DNA of 64,000 bases. Origin: Botryllus schlosseri (taxonomy: Eukaryota). The number at the start of each line of letters is the position of its first letter. The first letter of the stretch is position 1. The position numbers and the translations under genes are program-made. The notes below the pieces were generated by a model. That model saw only the letters and a program-made list of their open reading frames with translations, was not told where the DNA came from and made no database searches. The DNA lies in the NCBI GenBank assembly GCA_051294905.1, contig CM119382.1:3410001-3474000 (forward strand), given 5' to 3'. Shown in pieces: positions 36,101 to 48,500 of the stretch.

Positions 36101-37386
36101 GACTCGAGTCATAATACCATGACTCGGACTTGAACCTCTGCATGATGACTTGGACTCGGACTTGACTCGGTGGTGAATTGAAAATGACTCGACTCGAGTC
36201 AAAACTATAAAAGCGAGATTGACTTGTGACTCGGAACCTTGTGACTTGGTTACAACCCTGTATTACACTGATTATCCCTATTTATTGTAGCTATGCGAGT
36301 GAATTTAGAATATCAGCTTATCACTGCGTTTAATGCCGCTGTCCATGAGGATTTCCTAGGCGGGGCATCTGACTTTGATTTTTATTCAGAACCGATCCCA
36401 AGTATCTGCCGATCGTGGTCAAGTCTTCCGCGTCGCTTTCAGCCTTATGCTCTCCCTCGTCGCAATTGCATGTACCTCTCCCCAGGTAAGTGTCCGTAAC
36501 GTAACCCTTTTCAAATTATGAACATCGTCATCTTATAAAATGCAATTTTTCCGTCATTTCTCAAATTTTATATATAAAATAGCGATGTTCCCAAAAATCA
36601 ATATATCAAAATTTGCATGCCACATTTTATGAAACTGCAATTTTTTCGTGAATCCAATTTTTAAATTTTGAACGCGACACTTTATAAAACACAATTTTCA
36701 ATCATTTTTCAAATTTTCAACGCAAGACCGTATAAAAATGCAATTTTTGCAAAAATCAATGTCTCAAATTATGCGCGCTAAATTTTGAAAGATTGCAATT
36801 TTCCGGTAGGAAATTTTTCAAATTTGACATGCGACGTATATGAAAATGCAATTTGTCCACAAATCATTTTTTCAAATTTCGAACGTGACATTTTATAAAA
36901 TACGATTTTCAATAAATTTTTCAATTTTTAAGGCAAGACTGTATAAGAATGCAGTTTTTCCGAAAAGCAATATTTCAAATTGGGCACGCGACATTTTATA
37001 AGATTGCAATGTTTCTATTGGTAAATTTTTCAAATTTTATTGAAATTTTATTTGAAATTTTATTTGAAATTTTATGAAAATGCAATTTTTCCGCAAATCA
37101 TTTTTTCAAATTTTGAACGCGACATTTTATGACATATTTCTTTCTTAATTTATTCTGTTGTAATTTTCAACGCGAAATGTGTGTCTTGACCTCCAACGTC
37201 AATATTATTGAAAATTGGCAAGGCCGTTCTTGAAATTTTGCTGTTCTATTCGTTTTTGTCAAGATTCGGATTTGCTTTTTCAGCCGAATATCTTCAGCGG
37301 GACGATGGGACCAGTCGACCGGTAAAACGCATCATTCCGTCTCAAACGGCGAATTCAAGTTGAACTCTAGCCGAAGCGTGAAATAA
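18182..37386 (+). CDS. TTLL4: Tubulin glutamylase TTLL4-like, ~1098 aa, 20 coding exons
   Basis: Exons: 18182-19329, 21976-22108, 25018-25135, 26282-26425, 27583-27693, 28324-28400, 28464-28535, 28833-28955, 29031-29113, 29197-29325, 30407-30529, 30594-30692, 31489-31623, 32472-32603, 34022-34142, 34214-34341, 35098-35186, 35248-35380, 36390-36485, 37284-37386; phases are consistent. TTL-domain motifs: INHFPGSFQLGRKDRLW, IKPPASARGIGI, KFDIRLYVYVSSFDPLRIY, MHLTNYSINK, CHELFGFDIMLD, LEVNISPSLH, EDEFSRRGHFQRIFP, FEQPRYYN. The start codon and the last two exons are less certain. Confidence 0.92.
26834..27534. mobile_element. hAT (Charlie-like) MITE
   Basis: TIR CAGTGGTTCCCAACC, perfect at both ends; exact TSD GCTTAGGA. 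Confidence 0.9.
27740..28095. mobile_element. hAT MITE, older
   Basis: CAGAGGTTATTAACC ... TTTGAGAACCACTG; TSD CCTTAGAG/CTTCAGAG (6/8). Confidence 0.6.
30968..31360 (+). repeat. Higher-order minisatellite (13-bp TAAACACTATATA units punctuated by GACTTGGACTCGGACTCGAGTC)
   Basis: Directly visible tandem array lying inside a GACTCGAGTC MITE copy. Confidence 0.95.
33069..33536. mobile_element. hAT MITE family 'GACTCGAGTC' (TIR CAGGGTTGTAA), representative copy
   Basis: Exact TSD ATGGTAAC. Other copies: ~3367-4051 (composite), 9845-10222, 29769-30288, ~30990-31457, 35711-36260, 37927-38462, 40748-41080, ~46080-46162, 47984-48462 (TSD TGTGAATC/TGGGAATC), 48883-49320 (exact TSD ATAAAAAT). Confidence 0.9.
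34380..34930 (+). repeat. Degenerate ~55-60-bp tandem array
   Basis: Unit approximately ATAAAATCTCGCGTTCAAAATTTGAAAAAATTGATTACCGAAAAATTGC; about 9 copies. Confidence 0.8.
36505..37180 (-). repeat. Same ~55-60-bp tandem array, inverted orientation
   Basis: Unit AAAATGCAATTTTTCCGCAAATCATTTTTTCAAATTTTGAACGCGACATTTTAT is the reverse complement of the 34380-34930 unit; about 11 copies. Confidence 0.8.
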
Positions 37387-40129
37387 ATATTTGCTCGCTC
37401 GTGGTGGTACGGTTTTTAATTACTCGGAAAAGGCCGTTATCGATTCCAGTAAAAAACTGGACACGTAGGTTGATAAATTTCGAATTCTCCTTTCGGAATG
37501 AAAAGCAATTCGTTTTACATATCCAAGTACCCAACCTTTTACTAAACAATGCTCCAATCCACTCTAGCCAATTGACTTTTAGCGGTCGGCCAAACAAGAA
37601 TCTAAAACATACCAAGGCATTCCTATAAATTCAAGTAACCATTTTCAATTTATGCAGCCCCGATTATTGTTAAATGGTCACCATCACTTGAGCTTTTGCA
37701 ACTGTGACACTAGCACCGCAACTGCAACAGTGATGGTATTCCCTACATTTTATAGTTAGACACACACCCAGGGGAGATAAAATAATCCTACATTACAAGG
37801 GTTTTTAATATTTTACCAATGTGAGGCAGAGGCTATAACACTCTGTAGCATAAATCAAGCTGTTAATCCTCTGGTAATGCATTAACAATTGCCGACTGCT
37901 GGTTTCTTTCGCATTACTGCATACGTCAGGGTTGTAACCAAATCGCAAGGCTACGAGTCACGAGTCAATCTCACTTTTATAGTTTTGCCTCGAGTCAAGT
38001 CGAGTCATTTTCAATTCACCGCCGAGTCAAGTAAGCGAGCAGAGGGTCGAGTCCGAGTCATGGTATTATGACTCGAGTCTAAGTTGTTGTGTTGACTGCT
38101 CAGTTTCCAGTTAAAGTCTTGGTAAACCCACTTTTGATAACTATGTTTCGAGATATCGAATGGTTCGCATTGATAATATACTAATTTCCCTCACTTTTAG
38201 CACTTTCTGGTCGCATTTTGAAGTACCAGTACCAATAGACGAAATCCCAATAGGGTGGTTGCTTCACTATTCTTCGAATTTACAATGAAATGTCGGTCTT
38301 GGCCGTCTGAGTCTCGAGTCATGTGACTTGGTTAGAGTCATGCGCAATGACTCGAGTCCAAGTCGAGTCAATACACAGATTGACTCGAGTTGAGTCATTT
38401 CCGTATTTTGAGAAAATGACTCGAGTCATCAGAAAATCGTGAGTCGAGTCATTACAACCCTGGTATACATGCATATTTACTGTGTAAAGATGCATTATGC
38501 TTTAGTTTAACACAAGAATTGGTGTTTTTGTTGGGATGAAAGTTACATATCTGTCGACATAAGTGTTAATCTGCCCTGGATATTGCAAGACGACTTTGCT
38601 ATTGTGGCCCTATGCATAGATTGACATGGCAGTTGCATACACATAATGCGACTGTGAATATTTTACCAGTACACTACTATACAAACACTGTAGATTAGGG
38701 CTGTTAAAATTTTTTTTTTCTTCAAATTGTACTGGCTGCTTGATAATATTGTTAGGTCGCCTAAAAAAAACACTGCACACCTATTTTGGATCAATTCCAA
38801 CCAATAGAAGCATTGCTATGTAAGAAAAACGTTTCAGATTTATTTAAAAGAAATCTGATGTTTTATCAAATTTTTCGTGAAATTGTTAGGTTGTCTGAAA
38901 AAACGATTCACTACAAATTTGACTCAATTCCAACACGTAGATGCGAAGTTATTGATGTTCAAAATTTGAGATTTCAAATCATAGTATTTACGTTGGATAG
39001 ATCTATACAAAATAAACAACTCTCCGCCCTAAACACTATTTTTTCAAATCCAAAATTTTATCAAGCAGCCATTGAAATTTGAAGAAAAAAAGTTGTTTTT
39101 GAACAGCCCTACTGCAGATTGCCTACAGGACTAGGTAACCGTTTATCTATTTATCATAAACACATTGTTACTGCCGCAAAACCGCAATTTACATATCGCT
39201 TTTGTGCCAAAGTGAATTTTGTGTTAATAAACCACATTTTCAACTATTTTTTGGAAATAGAACAAACTGTGCGAATTCAATAGCGACGTGCACACACGGA
39301 TGTCACGTTCTAAATATAATTTACCATCATTTTTTATCACCACAGCATGAGTTTAAGCAATTTATGTGTTTTATCAACAAAATTTTCACGTGGACCTGCC
39401 GGTTTCATCACGTTCGACTTTATATCTCAGTTAAAGGTAACCAATTATCGAAACATAATTAAAAAGCTGTTTCAATGTCCTGGGCTCAGTAGAAAGAACT
39501 GCCATCAATACAGATTTTGTCAGATTTAACTGAGTGATTAGTGTGTTTTTCTTATCTTTGTGGTCCGTCATGATTACTGGTGTAACCTTTTGGTCACTAG
39601 TGGGCCTAAAATTGACTCTGCTCAGACTACTTTTTATTGTATTACATTGTCGTCTCGATACCGCAAGATAAGACAAATATATTATGTGCCTTGCATTTTA
39701 AATACAGCAGTTACGGTGGTTATTTGTATTGAAGATAAACGTAGATACTACAGCGCTTTTTTAGCATATAAATCTAAGATGCCTCTATTTTGTGATTTAG
39801 GTTGGTCATCCAAGGATACTATTTATTATACACCATCTAATTTATGAATTGGATTGTTTTGAATGATAGTTTTTGATGTTTCGTGGTGTAATTTGATGTT
39901 GTTTTGTGGCGTAGATATTAGGCAATTTTTGTATACAATGTAAAGCTTGTGAATTGGGATTGACTTTTGTCGTATTGGTATGCTCGCGATAAAGATTCAA
40001 AGGCAATTTCGGAGTCGGCTTTTTGAGGAAAGATCAGATCATGGATAGATATGCAAAGGTATCTGGCTTGGTATGAAGTTATAATTGAGGTGGAAATACA
40101 TGAAAAAGCTGATGGGTTCTACATATATG

Positions 40130-40340
40130 TGCGTTATGAGTATTTTGATTTTATGCAATTGTGGCACCGCCACTGGTCACTTGATGCTTGAAATAGGAAA
40201 GTGCCAGTGCGTGATCGATTACCAACAGAGATTTCAGGCAGTTTGTTGAGTACGTTAGTAGGCTTTTGGTGGGGATAGTGAGATTGCTGTCAAAAGAATG
40301 TTCTGCATTCCATCTCTGACTTCACCGTATATTTAAAAGG
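40130..40340 (-). mobile_element. Possible second LINE ORF2 C-terminal relic
   Basis: Minus-strand frame QQSHYPHQKPTNVLNKLPEISVGNRSRTGTFLFQASSDQW loosely resembles the same C-terminal motif; weak. Confidence 0.3.
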
Positions 40341-41142
40341 CTGAACCTTACTGGCAACTGCATTTACATTATATTTATTGCACTATCTTTAAACGACAAA
40401 CAGGAACTTAGCTGGTGTGGTGGTTACTCGTGAATCATTAAACAGAAACCGCAAGCTCACACATTGTAACTCCACCCTGTTCTACTGCAAAATGAACCAT
40501 TACGAATGGTGATCAAGAGAAATATTTGGTCACAAGATCACAAATTGTATGATATATTGTACATTCGGTTTGAAGCATAAAGCTGCCTATGATAGCTAGT
40601 AATCGGACAATGGTAATGCAGTATCTGGTACACCCTATCAAGTACACTCTTAAATATTATGCTGTAGACGTGCAAACCATACTATGAAATGACTTCGTTT
40701 CAGTATATGCTAAGATGGTGTGGAGTGTGGTATTTTGTGGTTTTTGCCAGGGTTGTAATAAACTAATAATGTAATGTAAAACCGGGAAATGACTTGACTC
40801 GAGTCAATTTGTGTATTGACTTGACTTGTACTCGAGTCAATGCGCATTACTCGGGACTCGGAGGACCAATAGAGGCATTTCATTGTAACTTGAGAGAATA
40901 GTTAAGTTACCACACTTAGCATTTCATTTATCAGTAGTGGTACTTGAAGAATAAGGCCAATACAGCTAAAAGTGCGGAAATTATGAATGAGAGACATTCG
41001 ATATCACATAAGCAGAGTTGTAAGAGTAGGTAGAACATGACCTCAACTGGAAACTGAACAGTCAACACAATGTCTCGGATATTTTTTGGTGTCATCAGTT
41101 GACGAAATAAATCTCTGTCTGTCTCTCTCTATCTCTCTAAAC

Positions 41143-42303
41143 CAGGGGTCACCAACACGCGGCCCGCAAGGTCCTATTTTGCGGCCCGCGACCTGATTTG
41201 GAAAAATTCAAGAAAAACGCTTAGTAAATCATTTTGAAACGCTGAAATTGATTTCAGTTGAAACATCATGTTGTTGTTGTTCAAAGTAATTTTACTGTGC
41301 CCAATATCACTATTCCTCACTAGTTGATACGGCTTCGGCATGGTAATATCATTACATGGATGAAGAATTTGCTGGTACGAATAGGCATATTGCCTCGACG
41401 TGCAATGGCCCACCACTGCCAAGACCGAGACGCTTGAAAAACGACTTCGGGCTCTCCAAAAGACCATGCGTTACGAGTAGATAGTTGTCTAGCAAGTAGG
41501 CCTACCGCTTCTAGCTAACCCCAATATTGATTCTTTAATCCAGGGGTGGCCAATCTGCAGCAGTAGAAGGGAAATTATGCGGCTGTCGACAGTCGACACT
41601 TTTAATAACTACCCTAAGTTTTCGAAGATACCCCCTGCATCAGCTCTATCGGTGAATCTGATCACATTAGCCGAGGAAGGATAAATATTTTATAGCAATA
41701 TGTGAAACTATACTAATATTTATTGACGAAAATCACTCATGAACATGAAAAATTTTTCGCGCTTGGCGCGAGTACAGACCGTTTCCTGAGGCACTTTAAA
41801 ACATAACTACTAACGATTTTGGTGCGCATAGTAAGCCGATATGCGAAATAAATTAGTTCGGAGTGTACCGGCAATGGACATGAACAGTTTAACGTGGGTA
41901 TTTGGCCCCAGCTAGTTTATCACGACTAACCATCGGCTTGCGGCCGCAGGCTACATGGGTAATTGAAATGCGGCCGTGAATAGCAAAAATGTTGGCCACC
42001 CCTGTTTTAGCGGCTACAGAGTGTTGTCAGGTATTGTGTACAGCTCATAGTTCAAAATATAAAGAAATTGATGATCATGATACTTTGTTGTATTTGTGTT
42101 TGTTCAATAAAATATTATTTCTTTTGTGGTGACTATAACCGTCGCCCATGTAATAGACCACAGCATTGTAATAACATAGAATTATCAGACGTGGTTGTTG
42201 AACTGCGTTGCCTACTTTTATCTCGATATTGATGTCATGCGGCCCGCGGCCTCTAGGAATTTGGAAAAGTGGCCCGCGACCCATTTTGAGTTGGCGACCC
42301 CTG
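41143..42303. mobile_element. hAT element containing a second hAT-like insert (41541-42004)
   Basis: TIR CAGGGGTCACCAAC / GTTGGCGACCCCTG; exact TSD CTCTAAAC. Inner element CAGGGGTGGCCAA...TTGGCCACCCCTG; inner TSD not recognisable. Confidence 0.85.
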
Positions 42304-42566
42304 CTCTAAACCTAACGATTTCTCTTAAAAGTTGAACTTCATCCCTCTGATGACAGCAAAACGATAACATCATATTATCAAAATTAGATCTTCTATTAAA
42401 AACTCCCAAAAGGAGCTGATAACGTATCATTCTAGCGTAGAATACATGAAACGGAACTTGCCTATTAACAAATCACAGTCACAGACCATACGAGCTAAAC
42501 ATAGTTATGCGACATACTAGGTTAACGCGAAAATGACAGTAAAAACAAAGAATACGAAGCGGTCCT

Positions 42567-45500
42567 TCAAACTTCTCTCGTAGTTGCCTGCAGAGAATTG
42601 AGTGCGTTTAGGATTTGTTCTTCTGGGACGTTTTGTTCGATGAGAGCTTCTACGAGACGGAACGTTTTGACGCTGTCGGTCAATTGTGCGCTTCTTCGTA
42701 CCGGTGCCGACGAGGGGTGCCTGTTTTTCATCGTAGGAACAGTCCCTCGAACCTGGCAATAAATCGATTTTATGAAATAAAACCAAGGATGGTAGTTGAG
42801 AAATGAATGTCAGTTAGGGTTGTTCAAATATAATTTTTCTTCCGGATTCAAGCTATTCACTGATTAAATTGTCAGGTTGCCCTAAAAAACGCCGCACACC
42901 AAATTTGGTCAAATTCTAACGAGTATAAGCCGCCGCATAGCCAATTTTGATTTTATTACGGAAAATTTAAAAAAAAATCAAATTTTTCTGTAAACCCCAT
43001 GAGATTGTCAAGTAGTCTTCAAGAACGATGCAAAAGAAATTTAACTCAATTCCAGCCGGTAGAAGCAAAATTATTGCAGTCGAAAGTTCTGGATTTGCAA
43101 AAATAGCATTGATGGTGGACTGGGTAATCCCAGAATTATTAACGAAAAACTCAAATAACTTTGTTTCTACGGGTTGGAATTGATGTCTTCAAGCGCGGAA
43201 AGGGTTGACCTAAAATATTTGTGTCTAAAAGTACTGCACCCTCGCATTGCACACCCCTAGACCCCCAGACTCAAGTCAAGTTTCCATCAGCGGTTGGTAG
43301 TACGAGATGTTCTCAAGTATCCGAATACAGAAAGATTCATTTCAGTAAATTATGTGTATTAAAAAAGTAGCGATAATTACGCCCGCTCTTTTCCTCCCTC
43401 GATCCTGCCTGAGTAATGCCTGCGCTAGATAGAGTTTTCCATAGAAAACAATGTCGGACAAATCTTATCATGGCGTCAAACCAATTTGTGTAATTCAAAG
43501 GTCGGTAAATTTTCACGATCAAGTCATATTGTCGTAATCATTTTTCTGCACATCTCGCTTATTGGCTACAGTACCCAACACAGTGACCCTATACAAATTA
43601 ACCACAGGAGACTACCGCAGACCACAGAAAATTTTCTGTTTCAAAGAATGTGCAGTAGCGACCCAAATTTATACCCTTCGCAGCCCATACTATAAGAACC
43701 CCTGTGTTACGATATAATTGCCAAACCAATTGTCAACGTCTAGCATTGAAACAAGGTTACCTTTTCTCTAGCTTGGGATTGCATTCCCGATCCATGATAC
43801 CCATACTCTTGAGTCGGTACGGTCGGTGAATATGCCAGTTTCCGACTGTGAGAGTAAACAAATTATTTCAAGTGCGAAACCTGGGAATAGGTTACAAATA
43901 GAATGTAGTATATTTTTGTCCTTGATGGTTTTGCGGCGCATACACCGACTCATGATATACATACACACGATTTGCGTATATGCATACGATGAGTGCATGA
44001 TGTGAATATCCCTCTGGACCAGGAAGGTACAGATATAGCCTTGTGAGGCTCTCTAAGTCTTGCACCACCCCTCCATGCTATCCTGGAAATGCTGAACACC
44101 AAGCCGGAAGTCACGAATACCAGGTATTTGGTCTGACCCGGTTGAGGATTGTACCCGTACGCTTCACCATTCCACTAGGTCGGTTTTATGTATCACATAG
44201 TGCTTCTGCCCCATTTGTGTGTGGCTTACCTCTTTCCAATTCCGTAACGTTCGTACTGAAGAGGTAGCTGCTGAGTTTTGAATGCGTTCTGACTATTGTT
44301 CTCTTCAACCGCCGGTTGTTTGCTGAATATGCCGCCATCGATGGATATGATGTTGGCAGACAATTGCTTCGTTGGTTCCGCGGGAGTAGTCCAGGCGACT
44401 TTTCTGTAACATTTTGAGAGCTGGTCAGTAACAAAGTAATTAATTAAGTAGCGTTTTATATTATTTCTAATTCTACTTGACAGAGGTATAGAACTTCAAT
44501 ATACAATTAGATGATATATTCATAATGAAGTAAACGCGACTATTTTCGGCTTAAGCTCGTCAGCGGTGATTGTCAGCAACTAGCAGTGAATCGGAAAGAA
44601 CATTGTATATCAACAATTGAAATTCGATAGAATTTATGCCATCTCTTCCACTTGTACTCGAGCACCAACGCTGATTACTTTGACCACGGCTGAAAACAAC
44701 CAACCTTTCCGGGGTGCTTCTAGATTTCTTTCCTGGCGTGGAGCCACTGCCCTTGCTCCTGCTCCAAGCAAGATAGGCTCGTACCTGTAAAGAATATGTT
44801 TTTAAATAAATACATCACAGTCTTGCCGCTAACATGTCAGGTCGTAGGACAGTCTGTGTTTGAAAACAGCGGTGATCATATTGAATGATTTTGAATATAT
44901 ACTGATTATTTTCTATCATCAGAACATCCATTGCAAGGACACATTCAATAAACGCAATGACTTTTCGGGTGTCTCTTATCAAGCAACTGTATCTCGCCGG
45001 CTATCCGAAAGTCGTCGAGCATGTCCATTGTCCAGTGTCCAAATTCAAGTCGAAATGAATGCAATTTCGACTGAATACTGAACTAGTAAGCCCTCAAGTT
45101 TACCAGATCACGACCTGACATATCGATTGCGCCTTTCGTCACATGCCACCTCATTTTGTCGCTTGTTTTTTTTATATTATCGTCTTTTACTTTTCATTCA
45201 GTATGCACGCCTCCTCTTTACATCGCCTAGGCCCAGGTGGGCGTCTAATTTCAAAGACTACCCCAAGTCTTTTCGACATTTTCCTGTCTCTTTTCATTGT
45301 ATCGCAGTCATGTGGTGTTTTGAAATGGTGAAATTGTGAAGTCATCAGCTAAACGGATTCAAACATATTCAAATTTGAAATGAATATCGCAAAGTACGTC
45401 AACCCTCATTACAGACCACGAAATTTACATTGTATCAATTCGAAAAGAAACTTCGAAGTAATGAGTTTAAGAATGGAAATTCTAAGATAACAATAAAGCA

Positions 45501-48500
45501 AAGTAAGCATTATATGTATGATAACATCTAGAAAACGGAATATAAATTATTTAGGTCTATTGGTCTGACGCAAATTCGTTACATAACTTCACTCTAAGAT
45601 GATAGTTTCGACAGCCTTCCAAATTCATTGCTGAGCACTGGAAACAGTATGTGCTTAATCACAATATCTCAAACTGCTTCACAATTCAGTAAATCATCAA
45701 TAATTTGATTATTTCAAAACACGACAAGACTGCGATAAAATGGAATGAAACTTTCTTCGTTCGGTGTGAATGCATCTTATGCCACTGAGGTATTAATCTT
45801 GTATATTCAATAATCTTGTGTGGTCACAATAGATAATAATCATCAATGAAGGCAGACGGTGAACTCAAACATACCTTGTCCCATAGCATTTCAATTTCCT
45901 GATCAGTAGGTGTGCCGTTCAAGGGGATCCGGCCATCTGCGGTATTTCTTCTCGTAGATGCCGGCACGTTAATGATTGGTTTTGTACTCGATACCTTGAT
46001 TGTAACCTGTGAAAATTTGTTTGAATAAACATATTCAGAGTAGGAAAAATGAGTATATTCTAAATACGAGTCCTTTGATGTCACCCAAGAGTTTCACAGA
46101 CTCGAGTCAAAACTATATTGACTTGTGACTCAGAACCTTATGACTTGGTTGCCTGCAACCCAGGTTATATAACATTGATGCAGTGGTTAAACAAGACACC
46201 AGATGCAAAATTGTGTCAACCAATTATTCCTTGCAAACATTACGGCAATGCTTTGAAATTTACTTCAAATTTACACCATTATATTGTTTCAGTGTCTCAT
46301 CCGAAGATGTTTGTGCTTAAATAAGAACATATTCATATTACCAAACTCAATTATTCAACCTCATTTATAATTGTGAGGAATTCATAAGTAAATCAAACAT
46401 TGTTGCAAAATCTACCATCTACTCAAAGCTCCATAATACCCGCACTAGGGGTCTTAGGGGACTTTTTTCACAAATTGTACGGGCTACTTGATAAAATGGT
46501 TAGGTTCAAATCTACATTTTTCGACGGCAATAACTCCGCTTCCACTGGTTGGAATTGAGCCAAATTTGGTGAACATCGTTTCTATAGACAACCTAACACT
46601 TTCATGGGCTGATCAGAAAATTTTGAAATTTTTGGTAATTTATTTTTACGTAATAAATAGAAACCTTGTTCTCCTGTAGCAAGGCGGCTACTGGCTGGAA
46701 TTGAACCAAATCTGGTGCGTAGGCTTAAATTAGGTGACCTTTCAATTTTATCAAGTAGCCTATCAATTTTTGAAGACCCCTAACCCGCACGCTGCCATAG
46801 TTTCATTAAAATTAATGGCAGTACCAGTCAATACCGATACCGAAGCACTGTTTGTCTGTTGCATATTTATAATTTCATTTTGCCGCCATCGGTTGACGAA
46901 ATAAATCTCTCTCTCTCTCTAGAAAGCAAACCATTATTGGTAGGTCGAAAATATAATTTCAGTTTCACATGTATCATGTAATGTATATATAACTAATAAA
47001 GAGCTTGACAATGGATTGCAAGCTGTCATATTTCCGTCACATTGAAGTGAAGAGTATCAGCGCAGTTCTTTTGTGTTGAGCGACATTTAGGCTACAGTTC
47101 AAAGTATTGACAATTTCATTTCTATTGTAAATTATCGCCGCCATTGATGTCAAAGTTTTGTTGCTCATGCCAATAATACTTATTTGTACAAGGGGTAAGT
47201 TGAGGGATTTAGCGCGGAAGATCTCTTTAAATAGCTATGTACACATGAGATGAGCACAAAGAAGCCAAGAATCGTGATCAATTAATCCCACTCAATATTT
47301 GCGATATAACAATGCTGATTCCGGGGTTCTTTCGAGCGAAAGCTGTAAATCAGTGTCCGTAAGAGGGGTCATATTGTCATAAATAAATAAAAGATGAAAT
47401 GTATAATCTTTGATTCAACCCACTTTGAGATTATTATATATGTTACATGCTATAATCGCTGCGTTACAAGAAACATATGAAAATTCTTAAGGCTACTGAT
47501 TGAATGTCGCAACTTTTTATTCTTCAGTTACACAATAATCATGTAATTCAGTATGAGAATGTGATAATTATTCTGCTTGAAGCTGTGTGAGATATCTTTC
47601 ACTGCAACTGGTATAGTTTTTGTTCGGCACAATAGCCAATAAAATTAGGATGCTTCCAATTGATCCAGTAGCACGTTATAAAAGAATTTTTCATGGAATA
47701 GGATTTGTAAGGATACGTACAAAACTCATCAAATTGTTTGTGAAAACAGCGTTTTAAACGAATCAAAGACTTTCTTTGAGAAATAAGCCCAACTGTGATC
47801 GGGAAATTATTCTACTCATCGACAATGCCATGATTGGTTTCCTGGTCATGGTCATGCGTGCTTATTTATCAGCTATCGATGAAGTTAGACCGCTTTCAAG
47901 TGGGATATGCTTCTCTTCACGCCTTATCTTCAATATTATGCAGTTATTTTCCAAAATCTGTGAAGGCATACGGTTTGTGAATCCAAGGTTGTAACCAAGT
48001 CACAAGGTTCCGAGTCACAAGTTAATCTCAGTTTCATAGTTTTGACTCGAGTCAAGTCGAGTCAATATCAATTCACCACCGAGTCAAGCCCGAGTCCAAG
48101 TCAGTGAGTCGAGGGTCGAATCCAAGTCATAGTGTTGTGATTCGAGTCGAAGTCTCTGTTCACTGTTTAGTTTTGAGTAACATAGAATGGCTAACATTCA
48201 TAATATCGTAATTTTCCTCAGTCCTAACAGTGTCTGGCCCTATTTTCCAAGTATTACGACTGATAAACGATATACAAATAATGTGGTAACTTTATTAGTC
48301 TTCGAAGTTAAAATGAAACGTCTGTCTTGGCCGTCCTAGTCTCGAGTCATATGACTTGGTTCGAGTCATGCCCAATGCCCAATGACTCAAGTACAAGTCG
48401 AGTCATTTTACGCATTTGAAAAAATGATTCGCGCCGTCGTGACGCGAGTCATTACAACCTCGTGGGAATCACTGGAGTGTAGCATTAGAGTATATTCAGC

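Noticed and set aside
41290-41490. Exon-like GC-richer segment, considered as a missing CEP126 exon
   Set aside because: Lies inside the TSD-bounded hAT element 41143-42303; no CEP126-like motif in any frame.
42345-42417. C/D-box snoRNA-like (TGATGA ... CTGA)
   Set aside because: Antisense to the host transcription direction, no terminal stem, no recognisable rRNA guide.
43180-43435. Possible extra CEP126 exons (RRHYSGRIEGGKERA; STLSALED)
   Set aside because: Phases do not join the flanking exons, the donors are weak, and one runs into a MITE; exon 43761 joins 42752 in frame without them.
47500-47975. Possible ZMYM1/Tip100-type transposase relic on the minus strand
   Set aside because: Only a vague FYNVLLDQL-like patch amid many stops; needs BLASTX.
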